Positions 1 through 11,733 of a DNA stretch of 64,000 nucleotides are shown here, piece after piece (position 1 is the stretch's first letter; every line of letters starts with the position of its first letter). The stretch is taken from positions 189,670 to 253,669 of the forward strand of contig NW_018403356.1 in NCBI RefSeq assembly GCF_002113885.1, read 5' to 3'. The stretch comes from Mizuhopecten yessoensis (lineage: Eukaryota). The translations under genes and the position numbers were made by a program. Under the pieces are notes generated by a model. The model did no database searches, was not told the origin of the DNA, and was given only the letters and a program-made list of their open reading frames with translations.

Positions 1-200
1 GAACGACTCTGAGGTCAGGTGCTGGCTTAATCACGTTCAAGTACTGAAATTGATATGCAATAGTCTGGTATCTACATTTATTATGACATTTAAGTAATTG
101 TGTGCATAGTACTCACTATTAATGCGGTGCAGGTTCCTATGTTGTGGCTCAGTGGCTGATCGACACGTTTTCTTCCAACCTCACAGGAAACTAGTAGCAT
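1..200 (-). CDS. Possible 5' exons of a divergent gene running off the left edge; complement(join(<1..43,117..200))
   Basis: On the - strand ATG at 200 reads MLLVSCEVGRKRVDQPLSHNIGTCTALI to a gtgagt donor, then a 73-nt intron ending tttcag, then YLNVIKPAPDLRVV in frame. Product not recognised; could be UTR exons. Confidence 0.3.
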
Positions 201-585
201 TAATCACAGTCCGGTAGATCCAAGTATAACTTGTCACAGCCACATAAGCCTTTGACCACGGTGCGTTAAAGTTAGTATAAGATAATAATTACATAATTGA
301 AAGAGTTTCAATGGCTTGATTTTAGAGAAATGTCAAATGTTATAACGCACTTGTTATTTGTAATATCAGGATCGGGGAACGCATTCACGCTGTCAAGGCC
401 ATATATCTCCAAGGCTGTACACAGCTGTCTGGCACAACCGAGCCTGTAGTTATGAAAATCTTTACAGGAAACGGATGTTTATTGATGTACACATGCGCAA
501 TAGACAATAAACGTACAGCCGACGCGCTAGATCTGCAGTCAAATATTGAATTGATATTGCAATCCGTTGAAATCAAATCATCAAT

Positions 586-590
586 ATGTC
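586..590 (+). CDS. SNRPD2: SNRPD2 coding exon 1 (ATG TC)
   Basis: caatATGTC|gtaagt; phase 2 completes TCG (Ser) with the first G of exon 2. Confidence 0.8.
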
Positions 591-3500
591 GTAAGTTGAT
601 TGTACTCATATGTCGTTTTAAATATTGCTAAATTGCCTGAATTCATAGTGTTATTTTCCTTAAAGCTGTCTTGAAAAATATGTTTTAGCATCATAACAAT
701 GTACGCCGGCGCCGGTTTCACAATCAAAACAATGTCATAAAAGAACTCTCTCCTTTCATATACCCTCACAATATAGCATTTGATTATGCTTTTCATCTTT
801 ATTAGACATGTTAGTTTATTTTTGTTTAATGAAGACGTTGTCAATTAAATAGATTGAGAGAAATTCGTAAATTTTAACTGTTGGAAAGATGAATATTTTT
901 TCTGTTATAAACCTATATGATGTGATATGCATGCTATTAAAATGTATTCTTCAGACATGATCTCTTTTCTTCTGGAAACATATAGCTTTCCCATATTCAT
1001 TAGGTTGATGTCATATAGCTCAAAACAGCTATACATTATGGGGGTGGGGGTACTTTACATTGTAATTTAGAATGGATACCCGCCGGTGGGAAGTTTTAAC
1101 ATTTTTTTTAAATAAAAACAACAGTATGGAATAATTGAGTAACAGGTAATACTCATGATGTGTGACAATCATGGACAGGAGAATCACTTGAGTATAAGTT
1201 TGACTGTCCAGCATATGCATGCACAAGGCTTTGCCGGGTGCATGACAGCCAAACTCTCACCCGGGTGTTGAGATTTCACAGTCCATGGACCACAACCAAA
1301 TAAGATTCTATTTATCTCCTACATATTATAAAGGTAGCCTCAGTTTCCTCTGGTCCTGACACCAGACATTTTGACAGACAGATGTCTGGTGTGGGGCCAG
1401 GCCAGAGCGCACTACTATATGAAAATATGGATTTCTCCCAACACCATACTGCAGGGGTCGACACTAACGGTAGACCGGAGGACTGGGTCCACCAAAATCT
1501 TGGACTGTCCACTTAATCTTCAAAGCTGGTAGACCGCCGGTCCACCGCATATTACTTGATTAGTGTATATATATTTGAGAATATTGTTCAGAAATATACT
1601 AATAAAGACTTTATTTCCTTCGCCAGCGAGCCGTAAAATCCCATCTGGTTAAAAAATGTATCGTATTTTCGTGTTGTTAACCCGCTAAAAGTTGTCGTTA
1701 TCATTCTTGGACGANAAAAAACAAGTATTTTACAGAAAATTAAAAAACCTTCATTATTTGTTTAAAACCCTCAGATGCCAGGATTTTGCATCTAGCTTTT
1801 AAAAAAATTCGGGGGAGGACCCCCATACCCCCCTCTTATTCAGGAGGGGGGGTACCCCCTCTCGAACCCACCTCCCACTCCTCGCTACGCTCGTCGACCG
1901 GGGCGCAAAGCGCCCCAGATCTGAGAATATTATTCAGGTCCACCAGAAATTAACCAGGTCCACCAGATCAAGAGAGCAGGTGGACCTGCGGTCCACCACC
2001 TATTAAAAGTTAGTGTCAACCCCTGTACTGTCCGTTTAATTTCGTATCGGAGAGTTATGAGGTGATGACAACAAAAATCTAATATGACACAACACATACC
2101 CATGATCTACAAAAATACCTTTTGCTCAGGTGGGAAATTTTGGAACAATTGAAAACTAAGGACTCTACTGACGGAATTTAGCAGCTGTTAATAATGATAA
2201 TAATTATAGTCTTTATTTATACTTGATGACAAAGTTGACTCATCTTACATTTTGCCAAGTAGTTTATTTGTTATAAAATATACAATAATTTACAAAATTC
2301 ACTGTTGATGATTAATAAGAGCGGATTTGGATCAATAAAAAACCATTTATTGAGGTATGTGTTGTGTCATAGACTCATAGTAGATTTTTGTTGTCCTCGC
2401 CTCATAACTTCCGATACGGTGTCAGAGAATTCCACATTTTCATATAGAAGAGCGCTCTGGCCCCACACCAGACATATATCTGTCAAAATGTCGTAAGTCT
2501 GGTGTCAGGGCCAGAGAAAACTCCGGCTAATTATAAAAAATGAAATAACAGGTGAGTTGAAGAAACCAAAGATTTTTATTGAATTTTACTGTTGCAAGTT
2601 TGGTACTTGCATCCTTCTTTTCCCCTAACTCTGATGATTAGACAGACACAGGTACATGAACAACTATCACTGCATGTTATCATTCCAATATCTTCCAAAA
2701 GCTGTTTCAAAGCACACCTGTGGCTCAAATCTGCATCATCAGGATGCTAATTTTCCAAAACACATTGATACCATATTGCAAAGGCAGTGACATGCTAGTG
2801 TGTTACTAATAAGCTAAAGGGATTAATGTTCATAGGGGAAAATAGCGATGGTGCAAGCAAACAAATCATTGAATTTTGTGTTACTAGACAGTAATTTTTT
2901 ATTTCACCAACTTGCCTTTTATCGTGTGCACGACACAAACACGTCCAGGACTCGTGTACATGTATTTGTCCTATATATACGTTTGGTCATATTTGACTAT
3001 ATAACCAAATTTGCCTGTGCTCCAGTACCTGCCAAATTCAATACTTGGACAGTCTAACCAATTAAATGTATTTAACTAATCATACCTAATACTTCTTTGT
3101 TTAGGGCATTACTGCAGAAGCCCAAGAGTGAGATGACACCGGAGGAGCTCCAACAGCGAGAACAGGAGGAGTTTAACACGGGGCCCCTGTCAGTACTGAC
3201 ACAGTCAGTAAAGAATAACACACAAGTCCTCATCAACTGCAGGAACAACAAAAAACTTCTTGCCAGAGTAAAAGCATTTGACAGGTGACTGCTACATGAG
3301 TGACATTTGTAAACCTGTGTATCTTAATGATGTAACAACATATTGTAATCTGCATTCTTGTCTGGAAAAGGTTGCAGTGGGACTTTTTTCAATTCAAGAC
3401 TGACACATTGCAAGATATTTTTGTATGTTATGGTTAAATGCAATTCATCTGTACAAGTTTTTCATGTAATAAGAAAACTAATGTTCATTCAACCATGATA

Positions 3501-5242
3501 CACAAAGAAATTTTACAATTATGAAAGACAATGAATCTGGGAAGGTATATAAGGGAGTGCCTAATCTGTTCAAGCACTTTGTGGTTGATTCAATGTAGAG
3601 CAATTTCACTTCAAGTCACCACCATAAATATTATCATTATGCTATTAATATGTAATATTGGTGATACTTCTAGGGGTTCTACTTCTAGTACTGAAAATAA
3701 AGACTTACCAGCACTTCAACAGGGCTAGAAATTAATTTTTAAGAACCACTAGTAGACTTGTCTGGATTGTAATTTCTAATTTTACTAGTCTATGTGCAAA
3801 CTCCACTTACTTATATATTGTTCAACAAGATCGGTAATACTGTATCAAATTTTGACTAGTCGTACAGGTTAGCAGATGTATTAAACCACTTGTCAGACTG
3901 GAGATCTCACTAGTCCTAGACCAGCGAGCTACCCTTAATGTCTAGCCCTGTTAAAAAGCATGATCAATAAATATTGAAAAAGTTGGGAACTTCCTTGACT
4001 TTTCATGTTATATCATGATGATTTGCAGAATTCTTTTGAATGCATGGCTTTTTCTTGGTGAATCGGGAAAAGATATCCGATTTGAATTTTGAAAAAAAAA
4101 GTATTTATCAATTGCATTGGCTGTCCATCTGGTTACATTGACATATTGGCTCGGGATGTTTTAATAAAAAAAAGAAGAGGCAACACTGACTTAAAAACTT
4201 TGTTTTACTCCATATTCGTCGTTATTTATCTAAACATTAATTTCAATCATGGCAACATTATTACAATTTTATTTCTTGCATCAGATTCATATATCACAAT
4301 AAGTGACCAAACAGCTTTTGTCCGTGTACCATATCATATTTACATGATACTTGCCATATATTGGTTTATGTACCATTATATGTGAAGTGATGTTCAGGAG
4401 AGAGAAAATTCAAATAGACCATGTCAAAGTTAATATGGTTGACTTTGTCCAAACTAGTTAGGCGAACCCAACAAAAATGTTACTACTCACAATTTTCTTA
4501 AAGGCTGGTACAACTTTTGATTTGTTTAAATATTATCTCATTTGTTATTTTTGAATTAATTACATCAAATGTTTATAAGGCAATGCATAAGTTTACCTCT
4601 TAGAAACATACTTCCACATTGCTTTAACTTTGCTTTAAGCATTATGCATCGGGGTTTTTCATAGGACAATTTTTGTTGGGTCTTGAGCATCATTGTCAAA
4701 ATCATTAAGAGATACAGCTGGTCATTATACCATGTAGTCTCTCTTATTTTGGATGCATTGCACAGAAGTTGCATAGATCACCGATTTATTCTTTAGGGGG
4801 AAAAAAGGGATGACTCGAATTGTCCAGTTCCAATGCATGATTGTTAAAACTAGTTTTGAAAATAAACCAGCAGTTTAGGTGAAGGCACAACCTTGACATC
4901 AAGTTGAATCATAATACAATAAGGATGCAATTTAAGGGAATCTAGAGTTCAAAGGTTATATTGTATTCAGCTTGATTGGATCCCAATTTTTGAAATGGCT
5001 AGCACTGAAGATACCAATGTATGTATGATCAAAAGTATATATTGATAATTTGTTTTCTATCCCACAGGCATTGCAATATGGTCTTGGAAAATGTTAAGGA
5101 AATGTGGACTGAAGTACCAAAAACAGGAAAGGGAAAGAAGAAATCAAAACCAGTGAATAAAGACAGATACATTTCAAAAATGTTCCTGAGAGGAGATTCT
5201 GTAATATTGGTGCTAAGAAATCCAATGGCAACAGGAAAGTGA
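586..5242 (+). CDS. SNRPD2: Small nuclear ribonucleoprotein Sm D2, complete; join(586..590,3105..3284,5068..5242), 119 aa
   Basis: Spliced translation [119 protein letters not shown] is recognisably Sm D2. All introns are GT-AG with consistent phases (360 nt total). AATAAA occurs near 5765 and 5863. Confidence 0.97.
1335..2529. mobile_element. Foldback/MITE with long (~190 bp) inverted arms in SNRPD2 intron 1; left arm interrupted by a second element
   Basis: 1335-1445 (tagcctcagtttcctctggtcctgacaccagac...ctatatgaaaat) plus 2043-2100 are reverse-complementary to 2355-2529 (...gtctggtgtcagggccagagaaaactccggcta). Confidence 0.85.
1452..2025. mobile_element. Non-autonomous DNA transposon (CAGGGG.. 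termini, hAT-like) with 5-bp TSD, nested in the foldback element
   Basis: TIR caggggtcgacactaac / gttagtgtcaacccctg; tactg duplicated at 1447-1451 and 2026-2030; subterminal ggtccacc/ggtagacc repeats. Confidence 0.85.
3105..3284 (+). CDS. SNRPD2: SNRPD2 coding exon 2
   Basis: tgtttag|G GCA TTA ... GAC AG|gtgact; ALLQKPK...KAFDR. Confidence 0.97.
3720..3950. mobile_element. Short MITE with CAGGG termini in SNRPD2 intron 2
   Basis: TIR cagggctagaaattaa / ttaatgtctagccctg; flanks ttcaa / ttaaa (possibly a decayed 5-bp TSD); internal actagt repeats. Confidence 0.7.
5068..5242 (+). CDS. SNRPD2: SNRPD2 coding exon 3
   Basis: cccacag|G CAT TGC ... AAG TGA; HCNMVLEN...MATGK*. Confidence 0.97.
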
Positions 5243-6476
5243 AGAAAGTGTGATCTATGAACAGATTATCATGCGTTCCAAAATTTAACGCAAAACATAT
5301 TGAGACATCGGGGAATGCAGACTGGTTACACTCTAATATACATGGCTTACAGAACTCCTGGTGGTTCTTCTCGAACAAAAAGTCAAGGTGTTTTCTAGAT
5401 GGAGATTCATCAGATTAATAGTATCTGAAACATGGAGTTGTGTCCCAGTATTCGAGATACAGAGTTGTGTCCCTTTACTATTTACTTAGGCTGAATTGAT
5501 GGTCTGTACTACTCCCCTGGAATGTGTGACATGGTGTATGGAAGTCGGTGTATGTAGAGGTACAATGGATAAGTTGTAGCAGTAGCACCTCATTTGGTCA
5601 TCAACTCGTAGTAAATCATCACATTCTTTCATTTCTCATTCTTTTATTATATGAGGATTGGATTCGGTCCTTGTATCAGAGTCAAGAATGTTTTCAGTTA
5701 ATGAAATGAGGTAATATTTCATCTCAAAATCATGCATAAAAACCTTTTCATTAGAAATATTACAAATAAAAGATGCAGCAGTCCGTTTCAGGAAGTACTA
5801 TTTGTACTCAGGAGTACATGTCTATGTTACATATTGTGTATGTTTTGATATAGAAAAATGTGAATAAAAAAAAATTGTCAACAAATTAAAAAAATAGTTG
5901 TTTCAAATACATTTATATAAAAGTTACCAAATATGTTCTGGTCATAAAAGTTATCAAATATGTCCTGAACATAAGGAGACTAAAGTGTTTGCTTTTATTT
6001 TTTACATCTGTACATCATACGTATTCGAATAAGGTAGTTCAAAAAAGAATCAATTGATTGTAAAACTGAAGACGCAAGAATGAAGGTGCTGGAGAGAGGA
6101 GGAGGCTGCTGAAGCAAGCTAGTGACTTTAAAACGTTCAACAACCCTAATTGCTGTTAAGACTTGCTATTTCCAGCATTAAAAGTATCAACCCCTACTGT
6201 GAAACCAACCAACCCTCCCTGTTAAAATTTCTTTCAAAATTGCCATTTNGTACAAAGGTGGGCGCCAAGATCCCTCTGGGATCTCTTGTTAAACAAACTG
6301 CTGATATAATCAGATTGAACAATAGACATAACCTCAATAAAGTTAGGTACAACATACATACAGTTAAATAGAATAGCATGTACATTATAGTATTATTTAC
6401 TAAGAATTACTGTAATAGCTTACCATAAAGAATTGGTTGGGGGAGGGCAATTAAGTAGCTTTATGTATGTAAATAT

Positions 6477-9449
6477 ACCAACCTACTATTGTCAAGTAGG
6501 GGTGAATTACCAACCTTCTGTTGTCAAGTAGGGGTGAATTACCAACCTTCTATTGTCAAGTAGGGATGAATTACGAACCTTCTATTGTCAAGTAGGGATG
6601 AATTACCAACCTTCTATTGTCAAGTAGGGGTGAATTACCAGCCTTCTATTGTCAAGTAGGGATGAATTACCAACCTTCTTTTGTCAAGAAGGGGCGAATA
6701 ACCAACCTTCTATTGTCAAGTAGGGATGAATTACCAACCTTCTATTGGCAAGTAGGGGTGTTTTACCAACCTTCTATTGTCAAGTAGGAGTGAATTACCA
6801 ACCTTCTATTGTCAAGTAGGGGTGAATTGCTAACCTTCTATTGTCAAGTAGGGGTGAATTACCAATCTTCTATTGCCAAGTAGGGGTGAATTACCAACCT
6901 TCTATTGGCAAGTAGGGATGAATTACCAACCTTCTATTGGCAAGTAGGGGTGTTTTACCAGCCTTCTATTGTCAAGTAGGAGTGAATTACCAACCTTCTA
7001 TTGCCAAGTAGGAGTGAATTACCAACCTTCTATTGCCAAGTAGGGATGAATTACCAACCTTCTATTGGCAAGTAGGGGTGTTTTACCAACCTTTTATTGT
7101 CAAGTAGGGGGGAATTACCAACCTTCTATTGTCAAGTAGGGGGGAATTACCAACATTCTGTTGTCAAGTAGGGGTGAATTGCTAACCTTCTATTGTCAAG
7201 TAGGTGTGAATTACCAACCTTCTATCGTCAAGTAGGGATGAATTACCAACCTTCTATCGTCAAGTAGGGATGAATTACCAACCTTCTATCGTCAAGTAGG
7301 GGTGAATTACCAACCTTCTATCGTCAAGTAGGGATGAATTACCAACCTTCTATCGTCAAGTAGGGATGAATTACCAACCTTCTATTGTCAAGAAGGGGTG
7401 AATTACCAACCTTCTATTGTCAAGTAGGGATGAATTACCAATCTTCTATTGTCAAGTAGGGGTGAACTACCAACCTTTTATTGTCAAGTAGGGATGAATT
7501 ACCAACCTTTTATTGTCAAGTAGGGATGAATTGCCAACCTTCTATTGTCAAGTAGGGGTGAATTACCAGCCTTCTATTGTCAAGTAGGGGTGAATTACCA
7601 GCCTTCTATTGTCAAGTAGGGATGAATTACCAATCTTCTATTGTCAAGTAGGGGTGAACTACCAACCTTTTATTGTCAAGTAGGGATGAATTACCAACCT
7701 TCTTTTGTCAAGTAGGGGTGAATTACCAACCTTCTTTTGTCAAGTAGGGGGGAATCACCAACCTTCTATTGTCAAGTAGGGATGAATTACCAACCATCTA
7801 TTGTCAAGTAGGGATGAATTACCAACCTTTTATTGTCAAGTAGGGATGAATTACCAACCTTCTATTGGCAAGTAGGGGAGTTTTACCAACCTTCTATTGT
7901 CAAGTAGGAGTGAATTACCAACCTTCTATTGCCAAGTAGGAGTGAATTACCAACCTTCTATTGTCAAGTAGGAGTGAATTACCAACCTTCTTTTGTCAAG
8001 TAGGGGGGAATCACCAACCTTCTATTGTCAAGTAGGGATGAATTCCCAACCTTCTATTGTCAAGTAGGGGTGAATTGCTAACCTTCTATTGTGGAGTAGG
8101 GGTGAATTACCAACCTTATATTGTCAAGTAGGGGTGAATTACCAACCTTCTATTGCCAAGTAGGGATGAATTACCAACCTTCTATTGGCAAGTAGGGGGG
8201 TTTTACCAACCTTTTATTGTCAAGTAGGGGGGAATTACCAACCTTCTATTGTCAAGTAGGGATGCATTACCAACCTTCCATTGTCAAGTAGGGTTGAATT
8301 ACCAACCTTCTATTGTCAAGTAGGGGTCAATTACCAACCTTCTATTGTCAAGTAGGGGTGAACTACCAACCTTTTATTGTCAAGTAGGGATGAATTACCA
8401 ACCTTTTATTGTCAAGTAGGGATGAATTGCCAACCTTCTATTGTCAAGTAGGGGTGAATTACCAGCCTTCTATTGTCAAGTAGGGATGAATTACCAACCT
8501 TCTTTTGTCAAGAAGGGGCGAATAACCAACCTTCTATTGTCAAGTAGGGATGAATTACGAACCTTCTATTGTCAAGTAGGGATGAATTACGAACCTTCTA
8601 TTGTCAAGTAGGGATGAATTACGAACCTTCTATTGTCAAGTAGGGATGAATTACCAACCATCTATTGTCAAGTAGGGATGAATTACCAACCTTTTATTGT
8701 CAAGTAGGGATGAATTGCCAACCTTCTATTGTCAAGTAGGGGTGAATTACCAACATTCTATTGTCAAGTAGGGGTGAATTGCTAACCTTCTATTGTCAAG
8801 TAGGGGTGAATTACCAGCCTTCTATTGTCAAGTAGGGGTGAATTACCAGCCTTCTATTGTCAAGTAGGGGTGAATTACCAGCCTTCTATTGTCAAGTAGG
8901 GGTGAATTACCAGCCTTCTATTGTCAAGTAGGGGTGAATTACCAGCCTTCTATTGTCAAGTAGGGGTGAATTACCAACATTCTATTGTCAAGTAGGGATG
9001 AATTACCAACTTTCTATCGTCAAGTAGGGGTGAATTACCAATCTTCTATTGTCAAGTAGGGATGCATTACCAACCTTCCATTGTCAAGTAGGGGTGAATT
9101 ACCAACCTTCTATTGCCAAGTAGGAGGGAATTACCAACCTTCTATTGTCAAGTAGGGAAGAATTACCAACTTTCTATCGTCAAGTAGGGGTGAATTACCA
9201 ATCTTCTATTGTCAAGTAGGGATGCATTACCAACCTTCCATTGTCAAGTAGGGGTGAATTACCAACCTTCCATTGTCAAGTAGGGGTGAATTACCAACCT
9301 TCCATTGTCAAGTAGGGGTGAATTACCAACCTTCTGTTGTCAAGTAGGAATGAATTACCAACCTTCTATTGTCAAGTAGGGATGAATTACCAACCATCTA
9401 TTGTCAAGTAGGGATGAATTACCAACCTTCTTTTGTCAAGTAGGGGTGG
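6477..9449. repeat. 32-bp satellite, ~93 copies (accaaccttctattgtcaagtaggggtgaatt)
   Basis: Strict 32-bp periodicity, e.g. 6541/6573, with recurring variants. Confidence 0.98.
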
Positions 9450-9664
9450 GCATTTCGGTGTTGATGGAATGTTTCAACATATGTTTTGTTTTAGAATTTC
9501 TGTACTTTTTAATAACTTTGTGTGAAAAAAATAGAAGTAAGTTATTTAGCAAGCTTCAATGGTGAATTTTAAAAATTTGGAAGTTATCCTATCGTAATCT
9601 TAATACGAATATTGTTGGTTCCGTCTTAAATTTATTTGCTACAAGATAATTTCTGAACTGCTTA

Positions 9665-10370
9665 AACAAGAGGTCCCACCTGGATAATTAAGCAGCCATG
9701 GCAACTAGATTTCATTAACATAGTATTACAACTATTTCCAAATATTGGTCGTCTCTCCGCTGCACCCGTCCCTCATTTGGTTCCTTCCTGTTGCATGTAG
9801 AGGGGTACTTGTGGCTTTTACACATTTACCTCAATTTGCCCTGCTCCAATCCTCCATAACAGAATTGATTCTACTTCGCTCAAGTACTAGCCATGAAGAA
9901 GGATTTTAAACATTCCCCTGAGGGAATGCTCTTCGTTTATGAAAAAAAGGGTCCTTTAATTTTGTCAAGGGATGCTTTATACCAAATTTCATTAAAATGC
10001 CCATTCGTACGGAAGAAGAAGCATATTAAGGATTTATCTCTCATGTCGGGCTCTGCCCCAATAAAGGGAACACTCTTCGTTTAAAAGAAAATTTTATTAA
10101 TCGTACGAAAGGAGAAGGATTTCAAACATTTATCAATATGATAAATCTAAATCCCTCCCGCGTACTGAAGTGGTTTTTTTTTAATGTTCACCCTATTTCC
10201 CATATTGGGCCGAGCCCCTAGTGGGGTCACATCCTCCATAAGGATGCTCCTGGACTGATTTAGTCAAAATCCACTGAACGAATCAGAATTAGTGGCGTTT
10301 TAAGGAAAAGTTGACCGACGGACGCCTCAGAAGCTGGCATTCACCGGTCCATTCGACCAGGTGAAGAACT
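9665..10370 (+). mobile_element. Degenerate Helentron-associated (HINE-like) element
   Basis: Starts aaacaagagg (like 42533); internal ~160-bp aaggatgct... units; ends gacggacg followed by hairpin cacc(g)gtccattcgaccaggtg. Confidence 0.5.
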
Positions 10371-11160
10371 CGAGTTGAAAAATTAGTCTTACTATATTAT
10401 CATTTAAAAACCATATTGCTACACAATATTACAGCATGAAGACAGTTTCTTGAGTAAATCTGCCGCTTAAAACTGCATCAACAACACTTATACTGTGTAA
10501 TAACAAGTCAAACAACAGTGCAACACTTTATTTACTAATAAAGTCCTCAATAATGTGCTCCGAATGGTGTCCTCTCCGCTCACGATGTTTGACAGGAAAT
10601 GGATTTCGTCACATGATGTAAGTCAGCTACCTTGGTGACAACGCTTACAACGTAACCCGACTTCAACGGACAGTCGTTCAAAATTAGAAATACAGTCAAG
10701 ATTTGCCCGATTGATCTGGTTAAACAGCTTGAAAAATTGATATCCGATTTCATCTACCTTTAAACCAGTTATAACAATATTACCAAACATCAACAACTGT
10801 GATGGAGAACAGATGAGATTTATTGAAGAATGAAACAGATATAGTTACAGTGCCCAAGTAACTCTGGCGGTGACGTTTAAATTATGCAATCGTCTAATGA
10901 TGTTTGAAGAGCTTCATCGGTTCCTGTAATGGATTCGAACTTCAACTTCACTTTTCTTTTAACTAGAAGAAAACAGGCCTACACCATAACGTCAACACAC
11001 AAAGACAAACAATCTTACAAGATCACAAGACCAATTCACGATGCTGGTCAGTATATATAAACTAGAGAAAACATGAAAAGTAAACCGAAAGGCATTGGAA
11101 TAAATCAAGTATATCGTCAAGAAATCAACTGTATTCGAGTCATATCATTTCAAGTTGCCA

Positions 11161-11411
11161 GGTCACAGGGACCTGATAATTTGTTACAACTATATTTGGA
11201 CCTAAACTAAGGTGTTTAGAGTAAATCTACACGTTTGGGGGGGGGGGGGGTTAGATCGATTTTCGGTAAAAATGCCACCCCCTGATCATCGTGGGTGGCA
11301 CTTTTACCGAAAATCTACCTAAATCCCCCAAACGTTTAAAATTAATCTAAATACCTTAGTTTAGGTCCAAATATATATATAGCTGTAACCAATTATCAGG
11401 TCCCTGTGGCC
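11161..11411. mobile_element. Palindromic MITE / long hairpin
   Basis: ggtcacagggacctgataat...gccaccc [loop] gggtggcac...attatcaggtccctgtggcc; ~120-bp arms; no clear TSD. Confidence 0.85.
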
Positions 11412-11648
11412 AGTGCCTGTGATCACGAGAAGTCAAAAATATCAAAATAACAATCCGAGATAGCCAGAAACAATAAACTACGTTGACATAACTTCAAACG
11501 ACTGTCAGATTAAATCTAAATTGCACTCACCTTCCTACCCGATTACATCACGACGTTGATCCCAAGACCACACCAACCAGCCCCTGTATCCTGTTTATAA
11601 GACCAGTGACGCAGTAGGTTAGCTCGTGTGGTCTCTGGGTGTCCACAC

Positions 11649-11733
11649 CTACCCCATAGCCCTGTACACAGGGACGGCGGGGTCGCTACGGCATGGGCCC
11701 AAAAACCGGGAACGGTACCCCAGGTATGAAAAC
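11649..11733 (-). CDS. Candidate terminal exon tX (phase-2 entry: FSYLGYRSRFLGPCRSDPAVPVYRAMG*)
   Basis: acctccag| acceptor in a GC-rich island; fits after the 21513 exon (AT|G = Met). Other frames are possible. Confidence 0.55.

Noticed and set aside
3097-3288. ORF-track starts at 3097 and 5021 for Sm D2
   Set aside because: These extend into intron sequence; the real exon starts are 3105 and 5068.
6477-9449. CRISPR-like 32-bp repeats
   Set aside because: Units are head-to-tail with no unique spacers, no cas genes, and the context is eukaryotic.
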